Shown here in pieces: positions 60,135 to 64,000 of a stretch of DNA of 64,000 nucleotides. How positions within the stretch are numbered: position 1 is the first letter of the stretch; the number at the start of each line of letters is the position of its first letter. The notes under the pieces are model-generated. The model searched no databases. It saw nothing but the letters and a program-made list of their open reading frames with translations, and was not told the DNA's origin. Source of the DNA: Saccostrea cucullata (taxonomy: Eukaryota); contig NW_026936725.1 of the NCBI RefSeq assembly GCF_032062105.1, forward strand, positions 496,001 through 560,000, read 5' to 3'. Position numbers and translations under genes: made by a program.

Positions 60135-63100
60135 AACTAGTGCTAATTGTAACGGGGACCGTTACAGATGTTCCCCAAACGCTCCCCAACTCCCTTTTGG
60201 CGCCATATTCCCTGTAAGCTTCATTAAATAAGACAAACTATGCATCTGAGATTTTAACAACATTTACAAAGAAGTGTACAAAAATCATTTAAACTTTAGC
60301 ATTGCACACGTGCACATGTGAATGCATTTGCGCCATGACCATATCATCTTGTCTACACAATCTATATTTTAATACACTGAATTTAAAGTATTTAATCCAA
60401 AATTATTTTAAAAATACGTTCATTCAAGTGTATGTTTGATTTTACTCATTTCACGTGCACGCACGTGCATACATGAGCATGGTGACCATACCTTCTTGTA
60501 GAAGTCCATTACATCTATCTATGTTCTAAATTCCACCCCGTTTGGGTGAAAACTAAGGGAGTTATAGCTGTTTAAAGTTTCAGCCAATCAGATTGCAGCA
60601 CATGTACACGCACGTGTATGCATGTGCATGGTGACCATACCTACTTGTAGAAGTCCATTATATCTATCCATATTCCAAATCCCATCCTGTTTGGTTGAAA
60701 ACCAAGGGAGTTATAGCTGTTTAAAGTTTCAGCCAATCAGATTGCAGCGCACGTGCATGCATGTGCTTTCATGATAATTGCTTTATTTCATGTTGTAGGA
60801 TATCCTAATGCATGGCTATGTTCAAAATTTCAAAGGATTTCGTCACAAAACAAGAAAGATATTGAGACTTTAGTTGCAGCCAATCAGAGCGAAGTGCACG
60901 TGCATGCGCGTGAGATCTAGCTATTTTCACCATGTCATCATGTCTATACTACTAATATATCCTCACATTATAAATTTCAAAGCATTTCATCTAAAAACAG
61001 AAAAGTTGTGGCTTTATCTATTATATTGGTCATTTCGCGTGTTGCACGTGCACGCTCTTGCAAGCACGTGCGCGCAAAATGACCTTGATTCCGCAAATCT
61101 ACATAACATGTCTACTAACCCTAAAAAGGTTTTACCTACATCGGACGAACAGTTTACAAGATCATTCCCGGACAAAAAAGTTCCAGGAAGAAGAAGAAGA
61201 AAAATAATAATAATAATAACTAGTGCTAATTGTAACGGGGACCGTTACAGATGTTCCCCAAACGCTCCCCAACTCCTTTTTGGTGCCATATTCCCTGTAA
61301 GCTTCATTAAATAAGACAAACTCTGTGCATTTTGACTTTAACAACGTTTTCTCAGAAGGATACCAATTATATTCAAATTTTAGCATTGCACCCGTGCGCA
61401 TGTGAATGCATGTCCGTTATGATCATATCATCTTGTCTACACTATCTACATATTTTAATATTCAATATATTAAAGCATTCAGTCCAAAAGTATGAAAAAT
61501 CACTCTTTCAAGTGTATTTTTCATTTCACTCGTACCAAATGCACGCACGTGCGTGCACGTGCATGATGACCATACCTTCTTGTAGGAGTCCCTTACATCT
61601 ATCTATATTCTAAATCCCATCCTGTTTGGTTGAAAAACAAGGGAGTTATAGCCATTTCAAGTTTAAGCCAATCAGATTGCAGCACACGTGCATGCGCGTG
61701 ATTTCATGATTTTTTTCTATATCATATTGTAGGATGTCCTAATGCATGACAATGTTTTAAATTTCAAAGCATTTCGTCAAAAAACAAAGTAGATTTAGCC
61801 ATTTAAAGTTTCAGCCAATCAGATTTCAGGTTGCGGTCATGCGCATGCTTTCATGAAAATTCTTATATATCATGCTGTAGATTTTCATAATGTAGGTCTA
61901 TGTTCAAAATTTCAAAGGATTATGCCAAGAAACAAGAAAGATATAGAGACTTTAGTTTCAGCCAATCAGAGCGAAGCACACGTGCATGCGCGTGCGATCT
62001 TGCTATTTTGACCATGTCATCTTGTGCATACTACTTATATATACTTATATTATGAGTTTCAAAGCATTTAATCAATAATTTTAATAGTTACGTCTGTATC
62101 AATTATATTGGACATTTCTCGTGTTGCACGTAAGCTCTTGCAAGCACATGTGCATGCACATGCTTTCATGAAAAATCTTATATTACAGGCTGTAGATCTC
62201 CCTAATGTATGACTATGTTCAAAATTTCAAATGATTTTATCAATAAACAAAAAAGATATTGAGACTTTAGTTTCAGCCAATCAGAGCGAAGCACACGTGC
62301 ACGCGCGTGCGATCTTGCTATTTTGACCATGTCATCTTGTGCATATTACTAATATATCCTTACATTATAAGTTTCAAAACATTTCGTCACAAAATAGAGA
62401 AGTTACGGTTATATCCATTATATATTGGTCATTTTAAGTTTTGCACGTGCGCGCTCTTGCAAGCACGTGCGCGCAAAATGACCTTGATTCCGCAAATCTA
62501 CATAACATGCCTACTTACCTTAAAAAGGTTTCACCTAAGTCTGATGTGTAGTTTACAAGATCACTCGCGGACAAAATTTTCCCAGGAAGAAAAATAATAA
62601 TAAGAATAAGAATAATAATAACTAGTGCTAATTGTAACGGGAACCGTTACAGATGTTCCCCAAACGCCCCCCAACTCCTTTTTGGTGCCATATTCCCTGT
62701 AAGCTTCATTAAATAAGACAAATCTGTGCATTTTTGATTTTAACAACGTTTTTCAGCAGGATACCAATGATATTCAAATTTTAGCATTGCACCCGTGCGC
62801 ATGTGAATGCATGTGCGTTATGATCATATCATCTTGTCTACACTATCTACATATCTTAATATACAATATATTAAAGCATTCAGTCCAAAAGTATGAAAAA
62901 TCACTCTTTCAAACGTATTTTTCATTTCACTCGTTCCAAATGCACGCACGTGCGTGCACGTGCATGATGACCATACCTTCTTGTAGGAGTCCCTTATATC
63001 TATCTATATTTTAAATCCCATCCTGTTTGGTTGAAAAACAAGGGAGTTATAGCCATTTCAAGTTTAAGCCAATCAGATTGCAGCACACTTGCATGTGCGT

Positions 63101-64000
63101 GATTTCATGATTTTTTTTTTCTGCATCATATTGTAGTATATCCTAATGCATGACTATGTTTTAAATTTCAAAGCATCTTGTCAAAAAACAAAGGAGATAT
63201 AATCATTTAAAGTTTCAGCCAATCAGATTTCAGGTTGCGGTCATGCGCATGCTTTCATGAAAATTCTTATATATCACGCTGTAGATCTTCATAATGTAGG
63301 TCTATGTTCAAAATTTCAAAGGATTATGACAAGAAACAAGAAAGATATTGAGACTTTAGTTTCAGCCAATCAGAGCGAAGCGCACGTGCATGCGCGTGAG
63401 ATCTTACTTTTTTGACCATGTCATTTTGTCTATCCTTCTTATATATACTTATAATATGAATATCAAAGCATTTCATCAATAATTTAAATAGTTACGTCTG
63501 TATCAATTAGATTGGACATTTCTCGTGTTGCACGTGCGAGCTCTTGCAAGCACATGTGCATGCACATGCTTTCATGATAAATCTTATATTACAGGCTGTA
63601 GATCTCCCTAATGTATGACTATGTTCAAAATTTCAAATGATTTTATCAAAAAACAAAAAAGATATTGAGACTTTAGTTTCAGCCAATCAAAACAAAGTGC
63701 ACGTGCATGCGCGTGCGATCTTGCTATTTTGACCATGTCATCTTGTGCACACTACTAATATATCCTTACATTATAAGTTTCAAAACATTTCGTCACAAAA
63801 TAGAAAAGTTACGGTTATATCCATTATATATTGGTCATTTTAAGATTTGCACGTGCGCGCTCTTGCAAGCACGTGCGCGCAAAATGACCTTGATTCCGCA
63901 AATCTACATAACATGCCTACTTACCCTAAAAAGGTTTCACCTAAGTCGGATGTGTAGTTTACAAGATCACTCGCGGAAAAGATTTTCCCAGGAAGAAAAA
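60135..64000 (+). repeat. Head-to-tail tandem array of a 1.1-1.4-kb Helentron-like unit (runs off the window)
   Basis: Units start AACTAGTGCTAATTGTAACGGG(G/A)ACCGTTAC at 60135, 61218 and 62620 (periods 1083 and 1402). Each ends CCAGGAAGAA plus (AAT/AAG)n. Internal subrepeats contain CAGCCAATCAG and GCACGTGC. Confidence 0.9.

Noticed and set aside
60874-63014. Repeated Cys/His-rich ORFs in the tandem array
   Set aside because: Products of GCACGTGC-rich repeats. Frames are not preserved between subrepeats and no domain is recognisable.

Overview
AT-rich, intron-rich animal genomic DNA. The repeat families and gene content suggest a bivalve, probably an oyster (inference). Eight spliced protein-coding genes were rebuilt by hand from GT-AG sites and reading-frame phase: FAHD2-like (+), a DUF1647-like type II membrane protein (-), three tandem ankyrin-repeat/SOCS-box (ASB-like) paralogues (+), SDHD (+, absent from the ORF track because all its exons are short), and two convergent DEG/ENaC/ASIC-like channel genes (the minus-strand one lacks its first exon in the window). 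The rest is a dense mobilome: a decayed RTE LINE, three Naiad-type Penelope fragments, a Tx1/L1 fragment, a full-length decayed mariner, TTAA-flanked Kolobok-like MITEs including a 616-bp foldback, Helentron-like HINEs, a SINE with a TSD, hairpin elements, a 4.2-kb nested TIR element and a 1.1-1.4-kb tandem array running off the right end. There is no clear multi-gene novel system. The best leads are a minisatellite built from a splice acceptor, ASB paralogues all lacking the BC-box Cys, a tandem donor coupled to a micro-exon, an atypical SDHD, and loss of a disulfide pair in one channel.
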